64,000 nt of DNA, taken from Enterobacterales bacterium (GTDB taxonomy: Bacteria; Pseudomonadota; Gammaproteobacteria; Enterobacterales; Enterobacteriaceae). Where the stretch lies: the NCBI GenBank assembly GCA_039593615.1, contig JBCNOY010000024.1, positions 2,382 to 66,381 of the forward strand, written 5' to 3'. Shown piece by piece: positions 1 through 13,300 of this stretch (positions are counted from its first letter, which is position 1; each line of letters opens with the position of its first letter). The notes beneath the pieces were generated by a model. That model was not told the DNA's origin. It searched no databases and saw only the letters and a list, made by a program, of their open reading frames with translations. The position numbers were made by a program, and so were the translations under genes.

Positions 1-1426
1 TGCTGATCACCCAATCCTCCTCCGAATACAGCATCAGCTTCTGCGTGCCGCAGGGCGACTGGCTGCGCGCCCGCCGCGCGCTGGAGGAGGAGTTCTATCT
101 GGAGCTGAAAGAAGGCCTGCTGGAGCCGCTCGACGTTCAGGAGCGTCTGGCGATCATCTCCGTGGTGGGCGACGGCATGCGCACCCTGCGCGGTATCTCC
201 GCCAAATTCTTTTCCGCGCTGGCGCGCGCCAATATCAATATCGTGGCGATTGCCCAGGGCTCGTCAGAGCGTTCAATTTCGGTCGTGGTCAGCAACGATG
301 ACGCCACCACCGGCGTGCGCGTGGTTCACCAGATGCTGTTCAACACCGATCAGGTGATCGAAGTGTTCCTGATTGGCGTGGGCGGCGTCGGCGGCGCGCT
401 GCTGGAGCAGGTGAAGCGTCAGCAGGCGTGGCTGAAGAACAAACATATCGATCTGCGCGTCTGCGGCATCGCCAATTCGCAGAGCGCTGCTGACCAACGT
501 GCACGGCCTGAACCTGGAAAACTGGCAGGCCGAGCTGGCGGAGGCGAAAGAGCCGTTCAACCTGGGCCGCCTGATCCGTCTGGTGAAAGAGTATCACCTG
601 CTTAACCCGGTGATCGTCGACTGTACCTCCAGCCAGGCGGTGGCCGATCAGTACGCGGACTTCCTGCGCGGAAGGTTTCCACGTGGTGACGCCGAACAAA
701 AAGGCCAACACCTCGTCGATGGATTACTATCACCAGCTGCGTCTGGCTGCGAGCAAGTCGCGCCGCAAGTTCCTGTACGACACCAACGTGGGGGCAGGCC
801 TGCCGGTTATCGAGAATCTGCAGAACCTGCTTAACGCGGGCGACGAACTGCAGCGTTTCTCCGGCATTCTCTCCGGCTCGCTGTCGTTTATCTTCGGCAA
901 GCTGGATGAGGGGATGAGCCTCTCGGAAGCCACCCGCGCCGCGCGCGAGCTGGGCTATACCGAGCCGGATCCGCGTGACGACCTTTCCGGGATGGACGTG
1001 GCGCGCAAGCTACTGATCCTCGCGCGTGAAACGGGCCGCGAGCTTGAGCTTTCGGATATCGTGATTGAGCCTGTCCTGCCGGCAGAATTTGACAGCAGCG
1101 GTGATGTCGCTGCCTTTATGGCCAGTTTGCCGCAGCTTGACGACGCTTTTGCCGCGCGCGTTGCGAAAGCCCGTGATGAAGGTAAGGTATTGCGCTATGT
1201 TGGCAACATTGAAGAAGATGGCGTGTGCCGGGTGAAGATTGCCGAAGTGGATGGCAACGACCCGCTGTACAAAGTCAAAAACGGCGAAAACGCCCTCGCG
1301 TTTTACAGCCACTATTATCAGCCACTGCCGCTGGTGCTTCGCGGTTATGGCGCAGGGAACGATGTTACGGCGGCGGGTGTGTTTGCCGATCTGCTGCGTA
1401 CCCTGTCATGGAAGTTAGGAGTTTAA
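1..1426 (+). CDS. thrA: Bifunctional aspartokinase I/homoserine dehydrogenase I, 5'-truncated by window edge; split by frameshifts near 480 and 670
   Basis: ORF pieces 45-605, 499-834 and 683-1426 give the ACT domain ([14 protein letters not shown]), Rossmann [18 protein letters not shown] and C-terminus [10 protein letters not shown]. Confidence 0.97.
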
Positions 1427-1427
1427 C

Positions 1428-2361
1428 ATGGTCAAAGTTTATGCCCCGGCTTCCAGCGCGAATATGAGCGTCGGATTTGACGTGCTGGGTGCGGCGGTGA
1501 CGCCGGTGGATGGTTCGCTGCTGGGCGATACGGTGACGGTGGAAGCGGCTGACAGCTTCAGCCTGAACAACGTGGGCCGCTTCGCCAGCAAGTTACCGTC
1601 CGACCCCCGCGAGAACATAGTCTATCAGTGCTGGGAACGTTTCTGTCAGGAGATCGGCAAAAACGTGCCGGTCGCCATGACGCTGGAAAAAAGCATGCCG
1701 ATTGGCTCGGGCCTGGGCTCCAGCGCCTGCTCGGTGGTCGCCGCGTTGGTGGCGATGAACGAGCACTGCGGCAAGCCGCTAAACAACAACCGCCTGCTGG
1801 GGTTGATGGGCGAGCTGGAAGGGCGCATCTCCGGCAGCATTCACTATGACAACGTGGCGCCGTGCTTCCTCGGCGGCATGCAGCTGATGATCGAAGAAAA
1901 ATGGCATCATCAGCCAGCAGGTGCCGGGCTTTGATGAGTGGCTGTGGGTGCTGGCCTATCCGGGCATCAAGGTCTCCACCGCGGAAGCGCGCGCGATCCT
2001 GCCCGCGCAGTATCGTCGTCAGGACTTGCATCGCCCACGGGCGTCATCTGGCGGGCTTTATCCACGCCTGCTACACCCGCCAGCCGCAGCTGGCGGCCAA
2101 ACTGATGAAGGACGTGATTGCCGAGCCGTACCGCACGAAGCTGCTGCCGGGCTTTGCCGAGGCGCGACAGGCGGCGCATGGATATCGGCGCGCTGGCCTG
2201 CGGCATCTCCGGCTCCGGCCCGACGCTGTTCGCCCTGTGCGACAAGATGGCAGACCGCGCAGCGCGTGGCGGACTGGCTCTGCCAACACTATCTGCAAAA
2301 TCAGGAAGGCTTTGTTCATATTTGCCGTCTGGATACGGCTGGCGCACGAGTACTGGGATAA
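1428..2361 (+). CDS. thrB: Homoserine kinase (frameshifted in this assembly)
   Basis: [22 protein letters not shown] motif [19 protein letters not shown]; directly follows thrA. Confidence 0.96.
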
Positions 2362-2364
2362 CGA

Positions 2365-3650
2365 ATGAAACTCTACAACCTTAAAGATCATAACGAGCAG
2401 GTCAGCTTCGCGCAGGCGGTGACTCAGGGCCTGGGCAAAAATCAGGGGCTGTTTTTCCCGCTGGACCTGCCGGAATTCCAGCTGACCGAGATCGATGAGC
2501 TGCTGGAGCAGGATTTTGTCACCCGCAGCAGCAAAATTCTGTCCGCGTTTATCGGCGATGAAATTGCCGCAGGAGCTGCTGGAAGAGCGCGTGACGCGCG
2601 GCATTCGCTTTCCCGGCGCCGGTGACGCAGGTTGAGCGACGATGTCGGCTGCCTGGAGCTGTTCCACGGCCCGACGCTGGCGTTCAAAGACTTCGGCGGC
2701 CGCTTTATGGCGCAGATGCTGGCGGACGTATCAGCGGCGATAAGCCGGTGACCATCCTGACCGCCACCTCCGGCGATACCGGCGCGGCGGTGGCGCACGC
2801 GTTCTACGGCCTGAAAAACGTCCGCGTGGTGATCCTCTATCCGCAGGGCAAAATCAGCCCGCTGCAGGAGAAACTGTTCTGTACCCTGGGCGGCAACATT
2901 GAAACCGTGGCGATTGACGGCGACTTCGATGCCTGCCAGGCGCTGGTCAAGCAGGCCTTCGACGACGAAGAGCTGAAGGTGGCGCTGGGCCTGAACTCGG
3001 CCAACTCCATCAACATCAGCCGTCTGCTGGCGCAGATCTGCTACTACTTCGAAGCGGTGGCGCAGCTGCCGCAGGAAGCGCGCAACCAGCTGGTGATCTC
3101 CGTGCCGAGCGGTAACTTCGGCGATCTGACGGCGGGCCTGCTGGCGAAATCGCTGGGTCTGCCGGTGAAGCGCTTTATCGCCGCCACCAACGCCAACGAC
3201 ACCGTGCCGCGCTTCCTGAAAGACGGGCAGTGGCAGCCGAACGCCACGGAGGCGACGCTCTCCAACGCGATGGATGTCAGCCAGCCAAACAACTGGCCGC
3301 GCGTGGAAGAGCTGTTCCGCCGTAAGATCTGGCGTCTGAGCGACCTGGGCTACGCCGCGGTGACGGATGAGACCACCAAAGCCACCATGCGCGAGCTGAA
3401 GGCGGTGGGGTATACCTCTGAACCGCACGCGGCGATTGCCTATCGCGCGCTGCGCGATCAGCTGCAGGAAGGGGAGTATGGCCTGTTCCTCGGCACCGCG
3501 CATCCGGCGAAGTTCAAAGAGAGCGTGGAAGCGATTCTGGGCGAAACGCTGCCGCTGCCGAAAGAGCTGGCCGAGCGTGCCGATCTGCCGCTGCTGTCGC
3601 ATGCGCTGCCGGCGGATTTCGCCGCGCTGCGAGGTGATGCGGTTTTTTTG
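2365..3650 (+). CDS. thrC: Threonine synthase (frameshifted; 3' end garbled, end approximate)
   Basis: [50 protein letters not shown]. Confidence 0.95.
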
Positions 3651-3723
3651 GGGGGGGGGCATTTAGGTTGCTGAGAGTAACATCCCCTACGGGCCGGTCA
3701 CATCGGCCCGTTATGCATTTTTC

Positions 3724-3781
3724 TGGCGGCGCGATTTAACGCGCGGGTTTTTAACAGACGCGCAATGATTTGCGCCGCTAC
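3724..3781. repeat. Degenerate pair of inverted REP-like palindromes
   Basis: tggcggcgcgatttaacgcgc...gcgcaatgatttgcgccgctac; related to the element at 12143-12181. Confidence 0.65.
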
Positions 3782-3800
3782 GATTCAGGTAAAACTGGCG

Positions 3801-4576
3801 TTACTGCTCGTGGCGCTTAAACACCAGTTCGTTACCCTTACTCTCCGCCGCGTCAAAGAAATAGCCTTCGACGTTGAACTCCTTCAGCTGCTCCGGCTTC
3901 GTCAGGCGGTTCTTGATGATGTAAGCGGCTCATCAGGCCACGCGCTTTCTTGGCGTAGAAGCTGATGACCTTGAACTTGCCGTTCTTCTCGTCGAGGAAC
4001 ACCGGTTTGATCAGCTCGGCATGCAGCTTGGCTTCGGCTTCACCGCCTTGAAATACTCATCGGAGGCCAGGTTGATCACCACGTCATCGCCCTGTTCCGC
4101 CAGCGCTTCGTTGAGTTTTTGGGTGATCAGATCGCCCCAGAAGCTGTACAGATCTTTGCCTTTCGGGTTTTCCAGCTTGATGCCCATCTCCAGCCGGTAC
4201 GGCTGCATCAGATCCAGCGGGCGCAGCACGCCATACAGGCCCGACAGCATACGCAGATGCTGCTGGGCAAAATCGAAATCGGCTTCGCTGAAATCCTCCG
4301 CCTGCAGGCCGGTATAAACATCGCCTTTGAACGCCAGAATCGCCTGACGGGCATTGTCGGGGTGAATTTCGGCTGCCACTCGCTAAAGCGGGCGGCGTTC
4401 AGGTCGGCCAGCTTGTCGCTGATGCTCATCAGCGAGGCGATTTGCGCCGGAGAAAGATCGCGCGCTTCGCGGATCAGCTGCTGCGAGTAGTCCAGCAGTT
4501 CCGGCTGGGTAAAGCGTTCGGTCGCCAGCGGGCTTTCGTAATCGAGTGTTTTGGCAGGTGAGATAAGAATCAGCAT
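3801..4576 (-). CDS. yaaA: Peroxide-stress protein YaaA (DUF328), frameshifted
   Basis: [58 protein letters not shown]; position between thrC and talB. Confidence 0.93.
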
Positions 4577-4852
4577 TGTGTCTGTCCTCGTTGACCCGCT
4601 GTTTTCAGGGGATAGATGGGGAAAAATGTCGCGACGAGTGTAGCAAAAAAGCTGCACGGATCGGCAAATCGCTCCCATTTGTTAGCGCTATCGTAAAGGG
4701 CACGCGGCGATGTTGCGCCGCTTAGCCTGCGTGATATTATCGCAACAGACCTGGTTTACATCCCCTGACAAGTGCAACCTGTCATTTTTCCGCTGCAGGC
4801 ATGCTGTCGGTAGCGTGAATTATCCAGGGCACGTTAAAAGAGAAACACTATC

Positions 4853-5809
4853 ATGACGGATAAATTGACCTCCCTGCGTCAGTTCACCACTGTCGTAGCT
4901 GACACCGGAGATATCGCGGCAATGAAGCTGTACCAGCCGCAGGATGCCACAACCAACCCTTCTCTGATCCTCAACGCTGCGCAAATCCCTGAATACCGCA
5001 AACTGATTGACGATGCCGTGACCTGGGCGCGTCAGCAGAGCAGCAACAAAGAAGAGCAGCTGGCGCTGGTTGCCACTGACAAGCTGGCGGTGAACATCGG
5101 TCTGGAAATCCTCAAACTGGTCCCGGGCCGTATCTCTACCGAAGTGGATGCGCGTCTCTCTTACGACACCGAAGCCTCTATCGCCAAAGCGAAACGTCTG
5201 ATCAAACTGTACAACGATGCCGGCATCAGCAACGATCGTATCCTGATCAAACTGGCCTCTACCTGGCAGGGTATCCGCGCGGCGGAGCAGCTGGAGAAAG
5301 AAGGCATCAACTGTAACCTGACCCTGCTGTTCTCCTTCGCGCAGGCGCGTGCCTGTGCCGAAGCGGGCGTATACCTGATTTCTCCGTTCGTAGGCCGTAT
5401 TCTCGACTGGTACAAAGCCAACACCGACAAGAAAGAGTACGCACCGCATGAAGATCCGGGCGTGGTTTCCGTGACTGAAATCTACCAGTACTACAAACAG
5501 CACGGCTATGAGACCGTGGTGATGGGCGCCAGCTTCCGTAACGTCGGTGAAATCATCGAGCTGGCCGGCTGTGACCGCCTGACCATCGCGCCTGCGCTGC
5601 TGAAAGAGCTGGCGGAAAGCGAAGGCACCCTGGAGCGTAAACTGTCCTACACCGGCGAAGTGAAAGCGCGTCCGGAGCGCATCACCGAAGCGGAGTTCCT
5701 GTGGCAGCACAACCAGGATCCAATGGCGGTAGACAAACTGGCGGACGGTATCCGTAAGTTTGCCGTTGACCAGGGCAAACTGGAAAAAATGATCGGCGAC
5801 CTGCTGTAA
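4853..5809 (+). CDS. talB: Transaldolase B
   Basis: [42 protein letters not shown]; intact 318 aa. Confidence 0.98.
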   Translation: MTDKLTSLRQFTTVVADTGDIAAMKLYQPQDATTNPSLILNAAQIPEYRKLIDDAVTWARQQSSNKEEQLALVATDKLAVNIGLEILKLVPGRISTEVDARLSYDTEASIAKAKRLIKLYNDAGISNDRILIKLASTWQGIRAAEQLEKEGINCNLTLLFSFAQARACAEAGVYLISPFVGRILDWYKANTDKKEYAPHEDPGVVSVTEIYQYYKQHGYETVVMGASFRNVGEIIELAGCDRLTIAPALLKELAESEGTLERKLSYTGEVKARPERITEAEFLWQHNQDPMAVDKLADGIRKFAVDQGKLEKMIGDLL

Positions 5810-5821
5810 TGGTCATTCCTG

Positions 5822-5850
5822 CCGTGGCGGCTGCCGGTCGCCACGGTTTT
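5822..5850 (+). terminator. Probable intrinsic terminator after talB
   Basis: ccgtggcggc-tgccg-gtcgccacgg followed by tttt. Confidence 0.6.
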
Positions 5851-5941
5851 CGCGTTTCCCTCGCTGATGCTTTGTATTATCCTCTCTGCCATTCCCCTTT
5901 TTCTCACCGCCCCGCGGTCAACTCTGTGAATGGAACGGGCT

Positions 5942-6532
5942 ATGGATATTTTACGCATTGGCTTAGTTTCCGTTTCCGATCGCGCCTCCAGCGGTGTTTA
6001 CCAGGATAAAGGCATCCCGGCGCTGGAAGAGCGTGGCTTAGCGGCTGCGCTGACCACCCCGTTTGAGATTCAGACCCGCCTGATTCCCGACGAACAGCCG
6101 ATCATCGAGCAGACGCTGTGCGAGCTGGTGGATGAGATGAGCTGCCACCTGGTGCTGACCACCGGCGGAACCGGCCCGGCGCGCCGCGACGTGACGCCGG
6201 ACGCGACGCTGGCGATTGCCGATCGTGAAATGCCGGGCTTCGGCGAGCAGATGCGCCAGATCAGCCTACACTTTGTTCCGACGGCCATTCTTTCCCGCCA
6301 GGTGGGGGTGATCCGCAAGCAGGCGTTGATCCTGAACCTGCCGGGCCAGCCGAAGTCGATCAAAGAGACCCTGGAAGGGCTTAAAGCGGAAGACGGCAGC
6401 GTCATCGTTCACGGCATCTTTGCAAGTGTACCGTATTGTATACAGTTGCTTGACGGCCCGTATGTCGAAACCGATGAGACAGTGGTAGCAGCTTTTCGTC
6501 CTAAAAACGCGCGTCGCGAAACAATCTCCTGA
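5942..6532 (+). CDS. mog: Molybdopterin adenylyltransferase
   Basis: RIGLVSVSDRASSG, TTGGTGPARRDVTPDAT, NLPGQPKSI (ORF track start 5930). Confidence 0.96.
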   Translation: MDILRIGLVSVSDRASSGVYQDKGIPALEERGLAAALTTPFEIQTRLIPDEQPIIEQTLCELVDEMSCHLVLTTGGTGPARRDVTPDATLAIADREMPGFGEQMRQISLHFVPTAILSRQVGVIRKQALILNLPGQPKSIKETLEGLKAEDGSVIVHGIFASVPYCIQLLDGPYVETDETVVAAFRPKNARRETIS

Positions 6533-6654
6533 AATTAATCAATATGTGACATAAGCTGAAGCGGCGATAGCGTGGTAACGGTTTTACGGTATAGTAATTT
6601 TTTCTTTACGATTGCTGTAAAAATAAATCCACAATACACGCATAATGGTTCGCT

Positions 6655-7977
6655 ATGTCACATAACACCCGACCTCTGAATCGACAGGATTACAAAACCC
6701 TCACGCTCGCGGCCTTAGGCGGCGCGCTGGAGTTTTACGACTTTATCATCTTCGTCTTCTTCGCCGCCGTGGTGGGAGAACTCTTCTTTCCGGCGGATAT
6801 CCCGGAATGGCTGCGTCAGGTGCAAACCTTCGGCATTTTTGCCGCCGGGTATCTGGCGCGTCCGCTGGGCGGCATCATCATGGCCCACTTTGGCGATCTG
6901 GTCGGGCGTAAGAAGATGTTTACCCTTAGCATCCTGCTGATGGCCGTGCCGACGCTGGCCATTGGTCTGTTGCCTACCTATGCCTCGATGGGTATTCTCG
7001 CGCCGTTGCTGCTGTTACTGATGCGCGTCCTGCAGGGCGCGGCAATTGGCGGTGAAGTGCCGGGCGCGTGGGTGTTTGTCGCGGAGCATGTTCCGGCGCG
7101 CCGCATTGGTATCGCCTGTGGAACCTTAACGGCGGGGCTGACGGTCGGGATCCTGCTCGGCTCGGTGGTCGCAACCATTGTGAATACCAGCATGACGCAG
7201 CAGGCTGTGCACGACTGGGGGTGGCGTATTCCGTTCCTGCTGGGCGGGGCATTTGGTCTGGTCGCGATGTACCTGCGCCGCTGGCTGCAGGAGACCCCCA
7301 TTTTCCTCGAAATGCAGCAGCGCAAAGCGCTGGCGCAGGAGCTGCCGGTGAAGGCGGTCGTGGTACGCCATAAAAAAGCGGTGGTGGTATCGATGCTGCT
7401 CACCTGGCTGCTCTCGGCGGGCATTGTGGTAGTGATATTGATGTCCCCAGTCTGGCTGCAAAAGCAATACGGTTTCGCCCCTGCCGTGACGCTACAGGCA
7501 AACAGTATCGCGACAATCATGCTCTGCTTTGGCTGTCTGGCCGCCGGGCTGGCGGCGGATCGTTTCGGTGCCAGCGTCACCTTTATTGTCGGCAGCCTGT
7601 TACTGGCCGCTTCAAGCTGGGCGTTTTACCATCTGGCAGGCAGCCATCCTGAACAGTTGTTCCTGCTGTACGGCGTGGTAGGGCTGTGCGTGGGCGTTGT
7701 CGGGGCGGTACCGTACGTGATGGTGCGCGCGTTCCCGCCAGAGGTTCGCTTCACCGGGATTTCGTTTTCCTACAACGTGTCGTATGCCATTTTCGGTGGG
7801 CTGACGCCGATTGCGGTGACGGTCCTGATGGGCGTGTCTCCCATGGCTCCGGCCTGGTACGTGCTGGCGCTGTCGGTGATGGGGCTGGGATTAGGGATTT
7901 GGCTGGGGCAGAAGAAGGGATGTCGTGCCCGCGAGGCGGACACGACAGAAGGATCAGTGTTTTTCACCAATCGGTAG
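6655..7977 (+). CDS. MFS transporter, MHS (ProP/YhjE-like) family
   Basis: GGALEFYDF, GDLVGRK motif A, QGAAIGGE, WGWRIPFLLG; about 12 hydrophobic segments. Confidence 0.9.
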   Translation: MSHNTRPLNRQDYKTLTLAALGGALEFYDFIIFVFFAAVVGELFFPADIPEWLRQVQTFGIFAAGYLARPLGGIIMAHFGDLVGRKKMFTLSILLMAVPTLAIGLLPTYASMGILAPLLLLLMRVLQGAAIGGEVPGAWVFVAEHVPARRIGIACGTLTAGLTVGILLGSVVATIVNTSMTQQAVHDWGWRIPFLLGGAFGLVAMYLRRWLQETPIFLEMQQRKALAQELPVKAVVVRHKKAVVVSMLLTWLLSAGIVVVILMSPVWLQKQYGFAPAVTLQANSIATIMLCFGCLAAGLAADRFGASVTFIVGSLLLAASSWAFYHLAGSHPEQLFLLYGVVGLCVGVVGAVPYVMVRAFPPEVRFTGISFSYNVSYAIFGGLTPIAVTVLMGVSPMAPAWYVLALSVMGLGLGIWLGQKKGCRAREADTTEGSVFFTNR

Positions 7978-8520
7978 CACGGTGCGGTCAAACTGCTCGT
8001 TCAGCACTTCACCCATTGCAAGGTAGATAGCGCTCGCGCCGCAAACCAGACCAATCCAGCCTGCAACATGAACGATGCCTTCGTTATCCACCAGGTGCCC
8101 AATCGCCAGCAGGGCGAACAGCACGGTCAGGCTCAGGAAAACGAACTGCAGCATGCGGTTACCTTTCAGGGTACCGAAGAACATGAACAGGGTGAAGACG
8201 CCCCACAGGCCCAGGTAGACGCCCAGGAAGTGGGCGTTTGCCGCGTCTGCCATGCCCATTTTAGGCAGCAGCAGAATGGCAACCAGGGTCAGCCAGAAAG
8301 AACCGTAAGAGGTGAAGGCGGTTAAGCCGAAGGTGTTGCCTTTTTTATATTCCAGCAGGCCCGCGAGGATTTGCGCGATACCGCCGTAAAAAATGCCCAT
8401 CGCCAGGATGATGCCATCCATTGGGAACATCCCGATATTGTGCAGGTTCAGCAGAATAGTGGTCATGCCAAAACCCATCAGGCCCAGCGGAGCCGGATTA
8501 GCCAACTTAGTGTTGCCCAT
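7954..8520 (-). CDS. satP: Succinate-acetate/proton symporter (GPR1/FUN34/YaaH family)
   Basis: MGNTKLANPAPLGLMGFG signature; divergent from dnaK. Confidence 0.97.
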   Translation of the reverse strand: MGNTKLANPAPLGLMGFGMTTILLNLHNIGMFPMDGIILAMGIFYGGIAQILAGLLEYKKGNTFGLTAFTSYGSFWLTLVAILLLPKMGMADAANAHFLGVYLGLWGVFTLFMFFGTLKGNRMLQFVFLSLTVLFALLAIGHLVDNEGIVHVAGWIGLVCGASAIYLAMGEVLNEQFDRTVLPIGEKH

Positions 8521-8671
8521 AAGTCCTCAAAAAAATCATCATTAATATGGTGAAATGGTTAAACGCCCGCGCCAACTTCGATGGGGCGCGGGCGCGGCAT
8601 CATAATCGGTCGCTTTCGATGCCGCTCTATGATCTCATCGCGGTAAGAAATTTAAATTTTTTTAGCTTTCC

Positions 8672-8777
8672 CCCTTGATGGATGCCGTCGCGACCCCATC
8701 TTGTAGTCAACCGCAGTGTGTGGACCTGAAAAAAATCAAATCTGGGCAGTTGAAACAGCACGTTCTCGCCCTTATTA
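8672..8777 (+). promoter_or_regulatory. Two sigma32 heat-shock promoters of dnaK
   Basis: CCCTTGAT...CCCCATCT (8672-8701) and TTGAAA...CCCTTATT (8750-8776) match the RpoH consensus CTTGAA-N13/15-CCCCATNT. Confidence 0.85.
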
Positions 8778-8826
8778 CAGGTTCACAACCACATGTTGAC
8801 ACTGAATTTTTAGTGGAGACGTTTAG

Positions 8827-10745
<1,919 letters not shown>

Positions 10746-10851
10746 TCGCCCCTGACCGGGCGCGACGGCTGGCCTGACAGCCGTTGAAACCAGCACGGGC
10801 GTCGGAGATCTCTCCACGCCCGTGCTCGCATGTTAAGGGGCAGAAAAACCA
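10746..10851 (+). ncRNA. tpke11-like structured dnaK-dnaJ intergenic RNA
   Basis: Starts tcgccc, contains the hairpin gcacgggcgt...acgcccgtgc and ends aggggca, like the E. coli tpke11 element at the same position (comparison from memory). Confidence 0.6.
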
Positions 10852-11998
10852 ATGGCGAAGCAAGACTATTACGAGATTTTAGGCGTTCCGAAAACTGCGG
10901 AAGAGCGTGAAATCAAAAAGGCGTATAAGCGCCTGGCCATGAAATACCACCCGGACCGCAATCAGGGCGACAAAGAGGCTGAAGCCAAATTTAAAGAGAT
11001 CAAAGAAGCCTACGAAGTCCTGACCGATGCACAAAAACGTGCGGCCTACGATCAGTACGGTCACGCGGCCTTTGAACAGGGCGGCATGGGCGGCGGTGGC
11101 TTCGGTGGCGGCGGCTTTGGCGGCGGTGCTGACTTCAGCGATATCTTTGGCGATGTGTTTGGCGACATCTTCGGCGGCGGTCGTGGCCGTCAGCGCGCCG
11201 CGCGCGGCGCGGACCTGCGCTACAACATGGAGCTGACGCTGGAAGAGGCGGTTCGCGGCGTCACCAAAGAGATCCGCATTCCGACGCTGGAAGAGTGTGA
11301 CGTTTGCCACGGCAGCGGCGCCAAAGCGGGCACCCAGCCGCAGACCTGTCCAACCTGTCACGGTTCGGGCCAGGTGCAGATGCGTCAGGGCTTCTTCGCC
11401 GTGCAGCAGGCCTGTCCGCACTGTCACGGTCGCGGTACGCTGATTAAAGATCCGTGCAACAAATGCCACGGCCACGGCCGCGTTGAGAAATCCAAAACCC
11501 TGTCGGTGAAAATCCCGGCCGGCGTCGATACCGGCGACCGCATCCGCCTGGCGGGCGAAGGCGAAGCAGGCGAGCACGGCGCACCGGCAGGCGATCTGTA
11601 CGTTCAGGTGCAGGTGAAGCAGCACCCGATCTTCGAGCGTGAAGGCAACAACCTGTACTGCGAAGTGCCGATCAACTTCGCGATGGCGGCGCTGGGCGGC
11701 GAGATTGAAGTGCCGACGCTGGATGGTCGCGTGAAACTGAAGGTCCCGGCGGAGACCCAGACCGGCAAACTGTTCCGCATGCGCGGCAAAGGCGTGAAAT
11801 CCGTTCGTGGTGGTGCGGAGGGCGACCTGCTGTGCCGCGTCGTGGTGGAAACGCCGGTTGGCCTGAACGACAAGCAAAAAGCAGCTGCTGAAAGAGCTGC
11901 AGGAGAGCTTCGGCGGCCCGACGGGTGAGAAAAACAGCCCGCGTTCCAAAAGCTTCTTCGATGGCGTCAAAAAATTCTTCGATGATTTGACCCGCTAA
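10852..11998 (+). CDS. dnaJ: Co-chaperone DnaJ (frameshift near 11880)
   Basis: HPD motif, G/F region, four CxxCxGxG repeats; true C-terminus KKFFDDLTR* lies in another frame. Confidence 0.98.
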
Positions 11999-12018
11999 TC
12001 GGGTGCGCAGACAGTAAC

Positions 12019-12047
12019 AAGCGGAGAGGCAACTCTCCGCTTTTTTT
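12019..12047 (+). terminator. Intrinsic terminator after dnaJ
   Basis: aagcggagag-gcaa-ctctccgctt plus T-run. Confidence 0.9.
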
Positions 12048-12142
12048 ATGCGCAGTTCTGCCGTGCAGATATTCAACGGCATTGTTTTTCGTCATTCAAC
12101 GCTTTAACAGCTCATCTCCTGTCATAACGGCAGCATTTTCGC

Positions 12143-12234
12143 TAGCGGCGCAATTTATTGCGCGATAAATCGCGCCGCTACAAATATCGTGCGGCTTGCG
12201 ACTACTTCAACAGGTCGCCCTTTATGGCGACCTG
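12143..12234. repeat. Cluster of REP-like palindromes
   Basis: tagcggcgcaatttattgcgcgataaatcgcgccgctac (12143-12181) and caggtcgccctttatggcgacctg (12211-12234); the second is nearly identical to 28105-28130. Confidence 0.75.
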
Positions 12235-12356
12235 AAGCGGTGAAAATCCTCGCCAAAAAAACGCTTCCTCACCTTGCAAAAACCGGCTCCGTTTTCGCCA
12301 ATAGCATTTTTCGGCATTGCGCCGAAAATATATCATAGGTATCTTGCAAGGCTTTT

Positions 12357-12375
12357 AATGAGAATGATTTTCGAT
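12357..12375. promoter_or_regulatory. Fur box upstream of the SIP gene
   Basis: aatgagaatgattttcgat resembles AATGATAATCATTATC; iron-related downstream gene. Confidence 0.75.
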
Positions 12376-12441
12376 AACATGCACCATCAGCGGTGTGCGG
12401 TAGCGCAGTAGCGCGGGACCGTCGCTGCAGGGAGAGAAACG

Positions 12442-13215
12442 TTGCCAAACCCGACTCACTATCGCGCTCCACAACGCGTGCGCAATGAATTACGCTTCCG
12501 TCACATCACCGTCGCCAGCAAAACGCGGGTGGCCGATGCCTTCTGGCGCATCGTCTTTAGCGGCAGCGATCTGGCGGGGTTCCACTCGCCCTCTTTTGAC
12601 GACCACATCAAAGTGTTTTTCCCGGATACGCCGGGCGGTGCGCTGGCGCTGCCACACATGACCGACGAAGGCATCGTCTGGCCTGACGGCGTGCGTCCGG
12701 CGGCGCGCGACTATACGCCGCTGGCCTTTAACGGCAGCGATTCGCTGACGCTGGATTTTTACATCCACGACGGCGGCGTCGCCAGCAGCTGGGCGAGTGC
12801 CGCTCAGCCGGGCGATCGCATTGCGATGGGCGGCCCGCGCGGCTCATGCGTCGTGCCGGTGGATTATGCCTGTCAGATTTATGTCTGTGATGAGACCGGT
12901 CTGCCGGCGTTTAAGCGCCGCTATCAGGAAATGCAGGCACAGCAGATTCATCTGCTGGCCTGTGTTGATGAGCCAATCGGCCGCGCGTATCTTGGCGACC
13001 TGCCGGACGTCACGGTGAGCTGGCTCGGCAGCGGCAACATGCAGGCTGAGGCGCTGACGCCGCTGCTGGACCCGATTGTGCTGCCTGCTGATGACTACTT
13101 CATCTGGCTGACCGGCGAAGGCGCGGCGGTGAAACAGCTGAGCGATTACTTTACGCAGCAGCGCGCGGCGCACAGCGACCTGGTGCGCGCCGTCGCTTAC
13201 TGGCATCAGAAATAA
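12442..13215 (+). CDS. yqjH: Siderophore-interacting protein / ferric-chelate reductase (YqjH/ViuB family)
   Basis: PQRVRNELRFR, FDDHIKVFFP, RDYTP, GGPRGS, CDETGLPA, WLTGE, AYW; TTG start after GGGAG. Confidence 0.88.
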   Translation: MPNPTHYRAPQRVRNELRFRHITVASKTRVADAFWRIVFSGSDLAGFHSPSFDDHIKVFFPDTPGGALALPHMTDEGIVWPDGVRPAARDYTPLAFNGSDSLTLDFYIHDGGVASSWASAAQPGDRIAMGGPRGSCVVPVDYACQIYVCDETGLPAFKRRYQEMQAQQIHLLACVDEPIGRAYLGDLPDVTVSWLGSGNMQAEALTPLLDPIVLPADDYFIWLTGEGAAVKQLSDYFTQQRAAHSDLVRAVAYWHQK

Positions 13216-13300
13216 CCGGCGCCCGCCCGCTGCCGCCTGTGTTGAATTTTACCAGGCACCAGACTACTATCAACCTCCCTCAACTGACCCCGGGAAGGCG

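Noticed and set aside
3632-3674. Novel ThrC C-terminal extension ([13 protein letters not shown])
   Set aside because: It derives from a T7-G10 homopolymer run that looks like consensus junk
12060-12240. CRISPR array or att site at the island edge
   Set aside because: The palindromes are non-identical REP types without regular spacers; no cas, integrase, tRNA or matching direct repeat at the other edge was seen
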